Below the pieces are notes generated by a model that worked only from the letters and a program-made list of their open reading frames with translations, was not told the DNA's origin and searched no databases. A DNA stretch of 48,031 bases from Candidatus Omnitrophota bacterium (GTDB lineage: Bacteria; Omnitrophota; Gorgyraeia; Gygaellales; Profunditerraquicolaceae). The stretch covers positions 1 to 48,031 of the forward strand of contig JAPLLU010000091.1 of NCBI GenBank assembly GCA_026387385.1. The letters are read 5' to 3'. The position numbers and the translations under genes were made by a program. Below, piece after piece: positions 28,481-36,551 of this stretch. Every line of letters starts with the position of its first letter. Position 1 is the first letter of the stretch.

Positions 28481-29718
28481 ACCCCGCTCCTCGTCCTAAA
28501 GGACATTTTAATTGCGCCCAACATCCCTGCTCTAAAGAACGTGACTTTACGAGGGGCGGGGTAAACAAAGTCTTGATCGTTGCCGGAGAAGCATCGGGAG
28601 ACCTGCACGCCTCCAATCTGGTTAAAGCTATAAAAAATATTCGCCCACAAATTGAATTTTCCGGTTTAGGAGGAGAAAAACTAAAAGAGGCAGGTGTAGA
28701 TTTATATTTCAATATGGTGGAGCTTGCGGTAGTGGGGTTTCTCGAGGTCTTAAAAAATCTCACAAAATTCCGTAAGATTTTTGCTGGCATCTTGAAAGAA
28801 GTAGACAGGGTTAAACCGGACTTGGCTATATTGGTTGATTATCCGGGATTTAATCTGCGCCTAGCAGAAAAACTTAACAAAAGACGAATCCCCATCATAT
28901 ACTATATCAGCCCCCAGGTCTGGGCTTGGGGCGCAAACAGGATAAAGACTATAAAAAAAGTTATTAGCAGGATGCTCGTTGTCTTTGAATTTGAGGAGGA
29001 CCTTTACAAGAAAAATGCTGTACCGGTATCATTTGTAGGGCATCCCTTGCTTGATGTTGTAAAAACGGATATTGCGAAAGAAGAGCTGTTTCGTAGCTTA
29101 GGGCTTAATGTAAATAATTTCACTTTTGCGCTGCTTCCCGGCTCAAGGGAAAAAGAAGTCACTTCCCTGCTTCCTATAATGCTAGAAACCGCTGGTTTAC
29201 TTTACGAATATTTAGGCAATAATATTCAATTCCTGGTCTTAAGATCAGCTAGCGTAAAAGAAGAAATATTTAACAAGATACTTAAGCGATACAGTTTCCC
29301 GGTACAGATAGTCTCTAATTTGACCTATAATGGATTAGCTGCAAGTAATTTTGCGCTTGTCGCCTCAGGTACAGCTACTCTTGAGACAGCGATATTAGCT
29401 AAGCCCATGGTTATATTATATAAGGTTTCCTTTCTTACCTGGGCTTACCTTAAGCTTATTATAAAAATACCTTATATAGGATTGGTTAATGTCGTCAGGA
29501 AGGAAAAATTTATTGCGGAATTTATACAATATGATGCAAGGCCTAAAAAAATCGCTGATTATATAGCCAGAACTATTAAAGACAATACTGAAATGACCCG
29601 CATTAAAGACGGCCTTTCCGATTTAACATCCAAACTGGGAGAAAAAGGCGCAAGTTCCCGCGCCGCCCAGATTGTCGTAGAAATCCTAGATAAAACTAAA
29701 CCTCAGCCTAAACCTTAA
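28468..29718 (+). CDS. lpxB: Lipid-A-disaccharide synthase; the first ~105 nt of the ORF are repeat G3, so the true start may be TTG at 28573
   Basis: The conserved LpxB sequence begins at VNKVLIVAGEASGDLHASNL (28561 onward). The upstream 31 codons (MEKINPAPRPKGHFNCAQHPCSKERDFTRGG) are encoded by the palindromic element. Confidence 0.85.
   Translation: MEKINPAPRPKGHFNCAQHPCSKERDFTRGGVNKVLIVAGEASGDLHASNLVKAIKNIRPQIEFSGLGGEKLKEAGVDLYFNMVELAVVGFLEVLKNLTKFRKIFAGILKEVDRVKPDLAILVDYPGFNLRLAEKLNKRRIPIIYYISPQVWAWGANRIKTIKKVISRMLVVFEFEEDLYKKNAVPVSFVGHPLLDVVKTDIAKEELFRSLGLNVNNFTFALLPGSREKEVTSLLPIMLETAGLLYEYLGNNIQFLVLRSASVKEEIFNKILKRYSFPVQIVSNLTYNGLAASNFALVASGTATLETAILAKPMVILYKVSFLTWAYLKLIIKIPYIGLVNVVRKEKFIAEFIQYDARPKKIADYIARTIKDNTEMTRIKDGLSDLTSKLGEKGASSRAAQIVVEILDKTKPQPKP
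28482..28561 (-). repeat. Family G hairpin element (copy G3), inverted on the chromosome relative to G2
   Basis: ccccgctcctcgtcctaaaggac...ctttacgaggggcgggg matches the reverse complement of G2 at both ends (gtaaaccccgcNcctcgtcctaaaggac ... ctttacgaggNgcgggg). It starts 2 nt after the oxidoreductase stop codon. Confidence 0.85.
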
Positions 29719-29748
29719 CCTACCAAGAAATAAATAATTTGTATTCTC

Positions 29749-29823
29749 TTTAGCGGGTGGCTTGGGTGTTTTTGAAGCCGCGTGATGCGGCTGAAAAAAT
29801 ACCCAAGACAGGACCCGCTAAAC
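29749..29823 (+). repeat. Family C hairpin element (copy C2)
   Basis: tttagcgggtggc-ttgggt-[loop]-acccaa-gacaggacccgctaaac. It lies between the convergent 3' ends of lpxB and the M48 protease gene. Confidence 0.88.
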
Positions 29824-29832
29824 TTACTCTAA

Positions 29833-31005
29833 TTATAACGACTTTGCGATTGCAATGCGTTCGTCAACAGACGGATGGTCAAAGAAGAAAAATCTGATTA
29901 TAGGATGGGGATTTCTATCTGCGAGATTTTGGGAAGACAGCTTTTCCATCATAGAAATGAATGCCTCTTTTAAACCCGTTACTTTAAGCGCCTCTAAATC
30001 CGCATTTCTTTCGAATCTGCGGCTGATATAGTTCTCAAATGGCTGCATTACTATCCCGAAAATAACAAAATACATTAAAATAACCGGCAAGGCTGCAATA
30101 CCCCATAGTGATGACAGACGGAATATGCCCAGAACATAGTTGTTCGTCATAAATATAATATAAAAAGACAGCATTATAGCTAAAGAATTCACCAATATGA
30201 GCTTGACCAGGTGTCTCAACCTATAATGTGCAAATTCATGGGCCAGGATTACTTCAATCTCATCGTAACTATACTTATCCTTTAAGGTATCGCTTAATAT
30301 CACCCGTTTAGTAGCCCCTAAGCCCACAAAGGCGGCGTTTGCCTTGACTGTCTTTTTGCTAAAATCTACCTGAAAGACATCCAGAATCTTTACCCCGTTA
30401 GAAATCTTGTTGTTTTTTCTTGAAGCTTTGGTATTTCTAACGGGGTTTACCTTCATTTTATCTGCCAATTTTATTATGCGACCCCTTAACACCTCATCGG
30501 AAAGCCTCTCATATTTAAAGAATAAGGGGATAACTATAATCGGCACTAACTCTGCCATAATCAAACTAAAGAATATCCAGAATAAAGAAATTATCAACCA
30601 CCAGGTAAAGAAAAAGTGTCTTATTATATAATAAAAAGCGCTTATTAGGATAACGGCAATGATATATGATATAATGCCGGCTTTAATCTGATCTTTCAGC
30701 CAGCTAGCGACTTTCTGGTTGGATAGGCAGAACTTGCGTTCCAGGGTATATGAACGGTAAAAGTTTAGAGGAAAATTCAATAAGTAATATGCGAGGTAAA
30801 CTATAAAGATATAAGCGGAAACTGTTAGATAATTATTAGCTATAAACCCCGATAAGGCCTGAGCGAGAATTTTAGATAAACCTGAGGCCGCAAATACAAA
30901 AAGAAGCAAAAAAAGATAGACTATATCTATAATAGCCGTAGAGTATTTAAGGCGTGAGTATCTTTTGGCTTTGTCCGGCTGAACACCTTTACTAGGGCTA
31001 TCCAT
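29833..31005 (-). CDS. M48-family (Ste24/HtpX-like) zinc metalloprotease, carrying an in-frame palindromic-element insertion
   Basis: 390 aa, polytopic: HEFAHY (HExxH), NAAFVGLG..KRVILSDTL, FFFDHPSVDERI. Residues NPVRNTKASRKNNKISNG are encoded by hairpin G4. Confidence 0.85.
   Translation of the reverse strand: MDSPSKGVQPDKAKRYSRLKYSTAIIDIVYLFLLLFVFAASGLSKILAQALSGFIANNYLTVSAYIFIVYLAYYLLNFPLNFYRSYTLERKFCLSNQKVASWLKDQIKAGIISYIIAVILISAFYYIIRHFFFTWWLIISLFWIFFSLIMAELVPIIVIPLFFKYERLSDEVLRGRIIKLADKMKVNPVRNTKASRKNNKISNGVKILDVFQVDFSKKTVKANAAFVGLGATKRVILSDTLKDKYSYDEIEVILAHEFAHYRLRHLVKLILVNSLAIMLSFYIIFMTNNYVLGIFRLSSLWGIAALPVILMYFVIFGIVMQPFENYISRRFERNADLEALKVTGLKEAFISMMEKLSSQNLADRNPHPIIRFFFFDHPSVDERIAIAKSL
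30393..30445 (+). repeat. Family G short hairpin (copy G4) inside the M48 protease CDS
   Basis: ccccgttagaaat (30393-30405) / atttctaacgggg (30433-30445): a perfect 13-bp stem with the same sequence as the G1 outer stem and the same flanks, ta-CCCCG...CGGGG-tttac. Confidence 0.88.
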
Positions 31006-31014
31006 TCTTATTCT

Positions 31015-31263
31015 TTAAGGATTAGGCTTCTTCTTTCCGCAAGAAACATTTATATAAGTCCTTACCTTTCCGTGACTGGTTTTTCTCTTAGAAAAATAAA
31101 CCTCGCCGTCACAAAGGGCATACAGCGTGCTCAACCCTTTTACGTTCGAGCCTGCTTTATAATTACTAAAACCCCTTGCAAGGATTGTGCCTGTCCTAAC
31201 TAACTGACCGCTACCAACCTTAACAGCCTTGTCCTTTCTGGGCGTTGCTTTTCCTCCTGCCAT
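31015..31263 (-). CDS. rpmA: 50S ribosomal protein L27 (divergent)
   Basis: 82 aa: AGGKATPRKDK..VKVGSGQLVRTGTILARG...AGSNVKGLSTLYALCDGEVYF follows the L27 pattern (G.KV..GQ.V..G.I..R..G....G.NV..G.D.TL.AL.DG.V.F). The RQRG core is replaced by ARGF. Confidence 0.65.
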   Translation of the reverse strand: MAGGKATPRKDKAVKVGSGQLVRTGTILARGFSNYKAGSNVKGLSTLYALCDGEVYFSKRKTSHGKVRTYINVSCGKKKPNP

Positions 31264-31333
31264 CTTAGTCCTCCTTATTAAAGTAATTTCTTGCTATCTT
31301 CTTTGAAAAAATATCCGGATTGAAATCGTTATA

Positions 31334-31361
31334 ATTCTACACAGATTAAAATATTTGTCAA
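31334..31361 (-). promoter_or_regulatory. Candidate sigma70-type promoter for rpmA
   Basis: Minus-sense TTGACA - 16 nt - TAGAAT, then a leader of about 70 nt and an AAGGAGG RBS. Confidence 0.5.
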
Positions 31362-31406
31362 TTAGTTTAGTTATTGCAAAGCGGCAAGCGTTATTGTAGG
31401 TTTTAA

Positions 31407-32546
31407 TCAGTAGCTATCTTTCAATTGTTTTGGCTCTTGAGGCTTGCTAAACAGATACCCCTGCCCAAACTCTACCCCCATGGAAATCAGGGTCTTGTTT
31501 TCCTCTTCGGTTTCTATACCCTCAGCAATAATAACTCCGTTTAGCCTTTTAGCTAAATCAACGATTACCTGTATGATGCCTCTCTTTCCTTCGTCTCTAT
31601 CCACATTACGCACAAGGTCTAAGGTTACCTTCATGAATTCCGGCTTCAGCTCTGCAAGCGCCTTCAGGCTTGAATATCCCTCTCCTATGTCATCAATACT
31701 TATCTTGACTCCCAAAGATTTAAAATAATTTAAATCCGATGATAATTTGGCGAAGTTATTAATGTAAACGCGTTCGGTTATTTCGATGGAGACCTGAGAA
31801 GGTTTTATGGATGAGCCTTTCAAAAAATCCATATTCTTAAAATGTTCGGTATTTACCATCAGGGGGTCTATATTAAGAAACAGAAGCTCGCCTGGTTTGA
31901 TAAAATCCGCTTTCTTTGCCGCAAGGGTAAGGCAGATTGTATTCAGCTCAATAAACATATTGGCTTCCGTAGCTAAAGTAAAAAGATTAACCGGGCTCTC
32001 TAAGAAAGTCCCGGCGGGCCCTCGAGTTAAAGCCTCATAACCTATTGGTTTTCTGGTAGCAATATTGACTATTGGCTGGAAGAGTATGCGCAGGTTTTTA
32101 TCTTCGATTATTCTACGCAACTCTATAATCATTTTACTCCTCTCATCATTTGTCTGAGAGCTCACTCTGGGTGAGGCCTGCCTAAGGACAGCCTGTATCC
32201 TGGCAAGGATCTCTTCAAAAGAGAAGTTTTTACCAATATAATCCGCTACCCCCAACTCAAATGCTTCAACTTTATCCAGAGTGCTATCCTGCGAGGTAAA
32301 CATAATGATGGGGATATTCAGGGCATCGTTATCTTCCTTAATGCGTTTACACATCTGGTGGCCGTCAATTCTCGGCATTTTTAAATCAAGAAGAATAAGG
32401 TCGGGCTTAAGTTTTACTTTTTCCAAGCCTTCTTCCGGAGTAGGGGCAGCGATAACGCGGAAATTAGAGCCTTCTAAGAAAAAACGCATGGTTTGCAAAA
32501 AATCAGGCTCATCATCTATTATCAGTATTAGTTTTTTAACTTCCAT
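31407..32546 (-). CDS. Response regulator with EAL domain (c-di-GMP phosphodiesterase)
   Basis: 379 aa: REC domain (DDEPD..., LDLKMP) followed by EAL motifs (YEALTR, DDIGEGYSSL, AEGIETEEE, GQGYLFSKP). Confidence 0.88.
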   Translation of the reverse strand: MEVKKLILIIDDEPDFLQTMRFFLEGSNFRVIAAPTPEEGLEKVKLKPDLILLDLKMPRIDGHQMCKRIKEDNDALNIPIIMFTSQDSTLDKVEAFELGVADYIGKNFSFEEILARIQAVLRQASPRVSSQTNDERSKMIIELRRIIEDKNLRILFQPIVNIATRKPIGYEALTRGPAGTFLESPVNLFTLATEANMFIELNTICLTLAAKKADFIKPGELLFLNIDPLMVNTEHFKNMDFLKGSSIKPSQVSIEITERVYINNFAKLSSDLNYFKSLGVKISIDDIGEGYSSLKALAELKPEFMKVTLDLVRNVDRDEGKRGIIQVIVDLAKRLNGVIIAEGIETEEENKTLISMGVEFGQGYLFSKPQEPKQLKDSY

Positions 32547-32569
32547 TTATAGCTCCTTAATGGATATAT

Positions 32570-32598
32570 AGTATACTTTAAAAATTAGGAAGTTCCAA
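32570..32598 (-). promoter_or_regulatory. Candidate promoter for the REC-EAL gene
   Basis: Minus-sense TTGGAA - 17 nt - TATACT, followed by an AAGGAG RBS. Confidence 0.35.
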
Positions 32599-32645
32599 CA
32601 AAATAAAGACCAAAAGCACGCCCAAAAAAATTATATTAGCGCTAC

Positions 32646-34040
32646 TTACAACAAACTAATCTCTTCGTCTTTAGAAGGGATATATACATTAAGGCCCAGC
32701 CTCAAGAGCGTATCCGATAAAATCTTTGATTGGTCAGGTTCTCCGTGAACCAGGAATATGCGTTTTAAGGGCAGGCACGAAGACACAAAATCAGTAAGTT
32801 CATTTTTATCTGCATGGCCTGAGAAGGCATTAATTACTACCACTTCGGCATTCAACTCGTGCTCTACTCCGAATATGCGCACGATACGAGCCCTCTCCAC
32901 TATTCTCTTGCCCAGAGTATCTCTAGCCATATAACCCACCACTAATATGGTATTTCGTGAATCTTCAATATTATTTTTTAAATGATGCAGTATCCTGCCT
33001 GATTCGCACATGCCAGAGCCGGCAATAATAATCATCGGGCGCTTATCATTATTGAGAGTTTTTGATTCTTTTTGATCTTTTATAAACCTAAGATTTAAGA
33101 ATTCAAAAGGCCCCTCTCCTCTATTTACGGCTTGACGAGTTTCTTCATCCATATAAGCGAGATGATATTTAAACAGGTCTGTTATATGCACTGCCAAAGG
33201 GCTGTCTACATAAATGGGTATTGGAGGGATAAGTTTTTCTTTCAAAAGTTCATTCAAAAAATAGAGCACCTCCTGCGAACGTTCTAAGATAAAGGAGGGA
33301 ATAAGAATCTTGCCGCGGCGCTCTACAGTACGGTTGATTGCTTCTCTTAATTTGGCTTTCGCTTCTTCAATGGGGGCATGTAGTCTGCCCCCGTAAGTAC
33401 TTTCTAGAATAAGATAATCAAGTCCTCTTGGTATAGTCGGGTCGTTTAGTAATGGTAAATTCTTTCTCCCAAAATCTACTGCATAACCTAATCTGATATT
33501 GTGCAGGCTTGCTTTTATATCTAATACAATCATGCTTGAGCCTAAGATGTGGCCCGCATCGTATAAAGTAACAAAGATATCCTTTGCAATACAGAACCTC
33601 TGTTCATAAGAAAGCGGACGGAACCTTTTTGTAGCAAGGCTCGCTTCTCTCTTGGTATAAAGAGGCTGCCTTAATGCTAGGCCCAGTCTTTTATTAATCT
33701 TATTAACATATCTTATATCTTCTTCCTGTATCTTCCCTGAATCTTCTAGCATAAGCTCGCATAAGTCTTTTGTTGCAGAAGTCGCATAAATCTTACAACG
33801 CATACCCAATTTTATTAAAGTAGGGATATTACCGCAGTGGTCCAGGTGCGCATGGGATAAAACAAGTGCATTCAATTTACGCGGATTATAACTGAAGGTG
33901 GTATTTACTCGATAAAATTCATCGCGACGGCCGTGGAATAAGCCTGCGTCAAGCAAGACTTTCGACTTGTCAGTTGATACCAAATGGCTTGAACCTGTTA
34001 CTGTCCCTACCCCGCCTAAAAATTTTATATTTATAGACAT
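32646..34040 (-). CDS. MBL-fold metallo-hydrolase of the beta-CASP type (RNA-processing nuclease-like)
   Basis: 464 aa: HAHLDHCG (HxHxDH), ESTYG, and C-terminal GHAD/VHGE motifs. Confidence 0.8.
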   Translation of the reverse strand: MSINIKFLGGVGTVTGSSHLVSTDKSKVLLDAGLFHGRRDEFYRVNTTFSYNPRKLNALVLSHAHLDHCGNIPTLIKLGMRCKIYATSATKDLCELMLEDSGKIQEEDIRYVNKINKRLGLALRQPLYTKREASLATKRFRPLSYEQRFCIAKDIFVTLYDAGHILGSSMIVLDIKASLHNIRLGYAVDFGRKNLPLLNDPTIPRGLDYLILESTYGGRLHAPIEEAKAKLREAINRTVERRGKILIPSFILERSQEVLYFLNELLKEKLIPPIPIYVDSPLAVHITDLFKYHLAYMDEETRQAVNRGEGPFEFLNLRFIKDQKESKTLNNDKRPMIIIAGSGMCESGRILHHLKNNIEDSRNTILVVGYMARDTLGKRIVERARIVRIFGVEHELNAEVVVINAFSGHADKNELTDFVSSCLPLKRIFLVHGEPDQSKILSDTLLRLGLNVYIPSKDEEISLL

Positions 34041-34046
34041 AAAAAA

Positions 34047-34712
34047 TTAGTGCTTGGCTTTAATCTTTAATGCTACCACTATGACTAATACAAGGTATAT
34101 TAAGCTGAAAATAAATACCGGCTTGTTCGAAGTTATAAATTCTACCAGGGCATATGGATTACTGAATAGACTCTTGCCCATCCCGGCAAGGACATACTGC
34201 ACCCAGAATATCCTCAAGGGGGAACCCAAAATAACCGCAGATAAATATCTTCTAAAAGTGATTCTGGTAAGACCGCAATACAAATCTAAGAATCTAAAAG
34301 GAACCAGAGGCACTGCCCGAAAAAGAAAAAGCCATAAAAAATTGACTCTTCCTAATCTTTCATCGAGTTTATCGTATCTTTTTTTTAGAGTACTCTCTAC
34401 GAAGCCTCTGCCTAATGAACGGGAAAAATAAAACAAAATAAAGGCATTGATAATCTCAGCGATCAAAATTAGTAAAGTGCTAAACCAAGCCCCGAATATG
34501 ACTGCGGCTATAAATCTAAATACGTCTTTGGAGAGCCAAATAAAAAAAGTAACAATACAATAAAGGAGAACAAAAACTATTCCCGAATATAAAGAGGGAA
34601 TTTTTTTAAAAAAAATTTCTATGGCTTGTGCGTTTACAGGAAAGAACCTCTGCAGAAACCAAATCAGGACTATCGCGATAATTAAAACCAAAAACTTAAT
34701 CCTGTTATTCAT
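34047..34712 (-). CDS. TVP38/TMEM64 (DedA-related, VTT domain) membrane protein
   Basis: 221 aa with multiple TM helices; RAVPLVPFRFLDLYCGLTRITFRRY resembles the VTT-domain core. Confidence 0.65.
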   Translation of the reverse strand: MNNRIKFLVLIIAIVLIWFLQRFFPVNAQAIEIFFKKIPSLYSGIVFVLLYCIVTFFIWLSKDVFRFIAAVIFGAWFSTLLILIAEIINAFILFYFSRSLGRGFVESTLKKRYDKLDERLGRVNFLWLFLFRAVPLVPFRFLDLYCGLTRITFRRYLSAVILGSPLRIFWVQYVLAGMGKSLFSNPYALVEFITSNKPVFIFSLIYLVLVIVVALKIKAKH

Positions 34713-36235
34713 CAGGTTACAAAGAGATTCCGGGAGGAGAATTTTCCGTCGGTTGTAAGATTGACTCCTAGCCTTTTCAATCCGACTTCATCTCCGGGGG
34801 TAGGAATGTGAGTCATGTGGACTTCGCAACTTTTTAAATCTATAAGTTTCTTCATCGCTAATTCCACCGTATGATTGGTGGCTGCGCTTATGGAAAGAGC
34901 AATCAGGGTTTCTTCCAAATCTAAGCTTTCTGATTCGGCGTTTAGAATCCCTTCTTTTAATTTTGATATTTGTTCTATTATGTTGGGAGAAAGCAATAGG
35001 ATCTCGTCGGGAATTTTCGCCAGGACCTTCACCGCATTTAACACAAGGCTTGAGGCGGCATGCAGGAGCTTTGAATTCTTTCCGGTTACAATCCGTCCAT
35101 CGCTTAATTGAATAGCCGCTCCGCAATATATTCCGGCATTACCTTTGCCTTTTATCTCTGCCTGCTCAGCAGTAGTTCTGGCTACCTCAACCACTACCCT
35201 ATCTGCAACCTTTACTCCCATTTCTTCCATTAAGAGAACTACCCTATCTACCGTCTCTTTTTTTTCTATACCCAATACGTATTCCGTATTGTATCTAAAG
35301 TATCTGCGGATCAATTCTTGTTTTGCCGCCTGCTGCACCAAATCATCATCTACTATGCCAAAGCCTGCCCGATTAACCCCCATATCCGTAGGAGAATTAT
35401 ATACCGGAAGATTAGCGCCTTTATTAAAAATCCTACTTAATATTAATTTTAATATCGGAAAGCTTTCGACATCCCGGTTATAATTTATGGCGGTTTCCTT
35501 ATATATATTCAGGTGAAAGGGGTCTACTAAGTTAAAATCTTGTATATCAGCAGTGGCTGCTTCATAGGCAACATTTACAGGATGCTTAAGCGGAAGATTC
35601 CAGATAGGAAAGGTTTCAAATTTAGCATAGCCTGCATTTATGTTGCGTTTATGTTCATTGTATAATTGCGAAAAACAGGTTGCCAGTTTCCCGCTACCCG
35701 GTCCGGGCCCCGTGATTACTACGATAGGATTGCGTGTCTCTATATATTCGTTTCTGCCAAAGCCATCATCGCTTACTACCAGGTCTATATTAACGGGATA
35801 TCCCTCTATAGGGAGATGTAAATAGACCTTTACCCCTCTATGCTCCAGTTTATTTTTAAAGATTATTGCTGAAGATTGGTTATTAAATCGCGTGATTACA
35901 ACCGCGAGTATATCCAACCCCCACTTTCTTAAATCATCGATTAACTTTAATGTTGCGGCATCATAGGTTATACCAAAATCCCCCCTGACTCTGCCTTTTT
36001 CAATATCTCCTGCGTAAATACAAAGGACAATATCTATCTTATCCTTTAATTGCTGTAACAACCTTATCTTGACGTTGGGGTCATAACCGGGAAGGACCCT
36101 GGCAGCATGGTAATCAAAACAAAGCTTCCCGCCGAACTCTAGATAAAGTTTATTATCAAATTTCTTGACCCTGTCTAAAATCGCAGCACTCTGCTCTTTT
36201 AGATATTTTTCATTATCAAAACCTATTTTTTTCAT
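34712..36235 (-). CDS. UPF0371/DUF1846-family protein
   Basis: 507 aa: MKKIGFDNEKYLKEQSAAILDRVKKFDNKLYLEFGGKL..DYHAARVLPGYDPNVK is the characteristic family N-terminus. Confidence 0.75.
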   Translation of the reverse strand: MKKIGFDNEKYLKEQSAAILDRVKKFDNKLYLEFGGKLCFDYHAARVLPGYDPNVKIRLLQQLKDKIDIVLCIYAGDIEKGRVRGDFGITYDAATLKLIDDLRKWGLDILAVVITRFNNQSSAIIFKNKLEHRGVKVYLHLPIEGYPVNIDLVVSDDGFGRNEYIETRNPIVVITGPGPGSGKLATCFSQLYNEHKRNINAGYAKFETFPIWNLPLKHPVNVAYEAATADIQDFNLVDPFHLNIYKETAINYNRDVESFPILKLILSRIFNKGANLPVYNSPTDMGVNRAGFGIVDDDLVQQAAKQELIRRYFRYNTEYVLGIEKKETVDRVVLLMEEMGVKVADRVVVEVARTTAEQAEIKGKGNAGIYCGAAIQLSDGRIVTGKNSKLLHAASSLVLNAVKVLAKIPDEILLLSPNIIEQISKLKEGILNAESESLDLEETLIALSISAATNHTVELAMKKLIDLKSCEVHMTHIPTPGDEVGLKRLGVNLTTDGKFSSRNLFVT

Positions 36236-36264
36236 AATATCTTTTCCTTTAAACTGGACAACTC

Positions 36265-36293
36265 ATTATAATATACTCTTTTAGATTTGTAAA
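36265..36293 (-). promoter_or_regulatory. Candidate promoter for the DUF1846 gene
   Basis: Minus-sense TTTACA - 17 nt - TATAAT, about 30 nt upstream of the ATG. Confidence 0.45.
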
Positions 36294-36330
36294 TATCTTA
36301 TAAATTTTACCAGTTAGTATAGCAAATAAT

Positions 36331-36456
36331 GGAGCCCGCCTAAAGGCTATAAGCCTTTAGGGGTTCCCAAGGGCCCCAAAGGCTGGATACTTGAAGCGTC
36401 CAATCTCCTATCCAGAGCCCTAAAGGGCGCAGGTTTAAAGACCGCAAAAGTATAAA
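36331..36456 (+). repeat. Family H repeat (copy H2)
   Basis: ggagcccgcctaaaggctataagcctttaggggttcccaagggccccaaaggctggatac...gccctaaagggcgcaggtttaaagaccgcaaaagtataaa. It lies between the HD-GYP-like gene and the DUF1846 gene. Confidence 0.88.
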
Positions 36457-36551
36457 GCATAAACTTAGGCTTATCGGGGTTAATCAGAAGAAAACCTTCG
36501 GACCGGAAGATTTGCCTTTGGTTGAACGCGCTTTCAGGAATTCGGGCTACT

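Noticed and set aside
34788-35126. Same-strand alternative-frame ORFs: a 112-aa ORF inside the DUF1846 gene, and 20863-21075 inside the yvcK-like gene.
   Set aside because: They are out-of-frame overlaps of well-supported genes. The sequences are Arg/Ser-rich, as expected for off-frame reading, and nothing supports overlapping coding.
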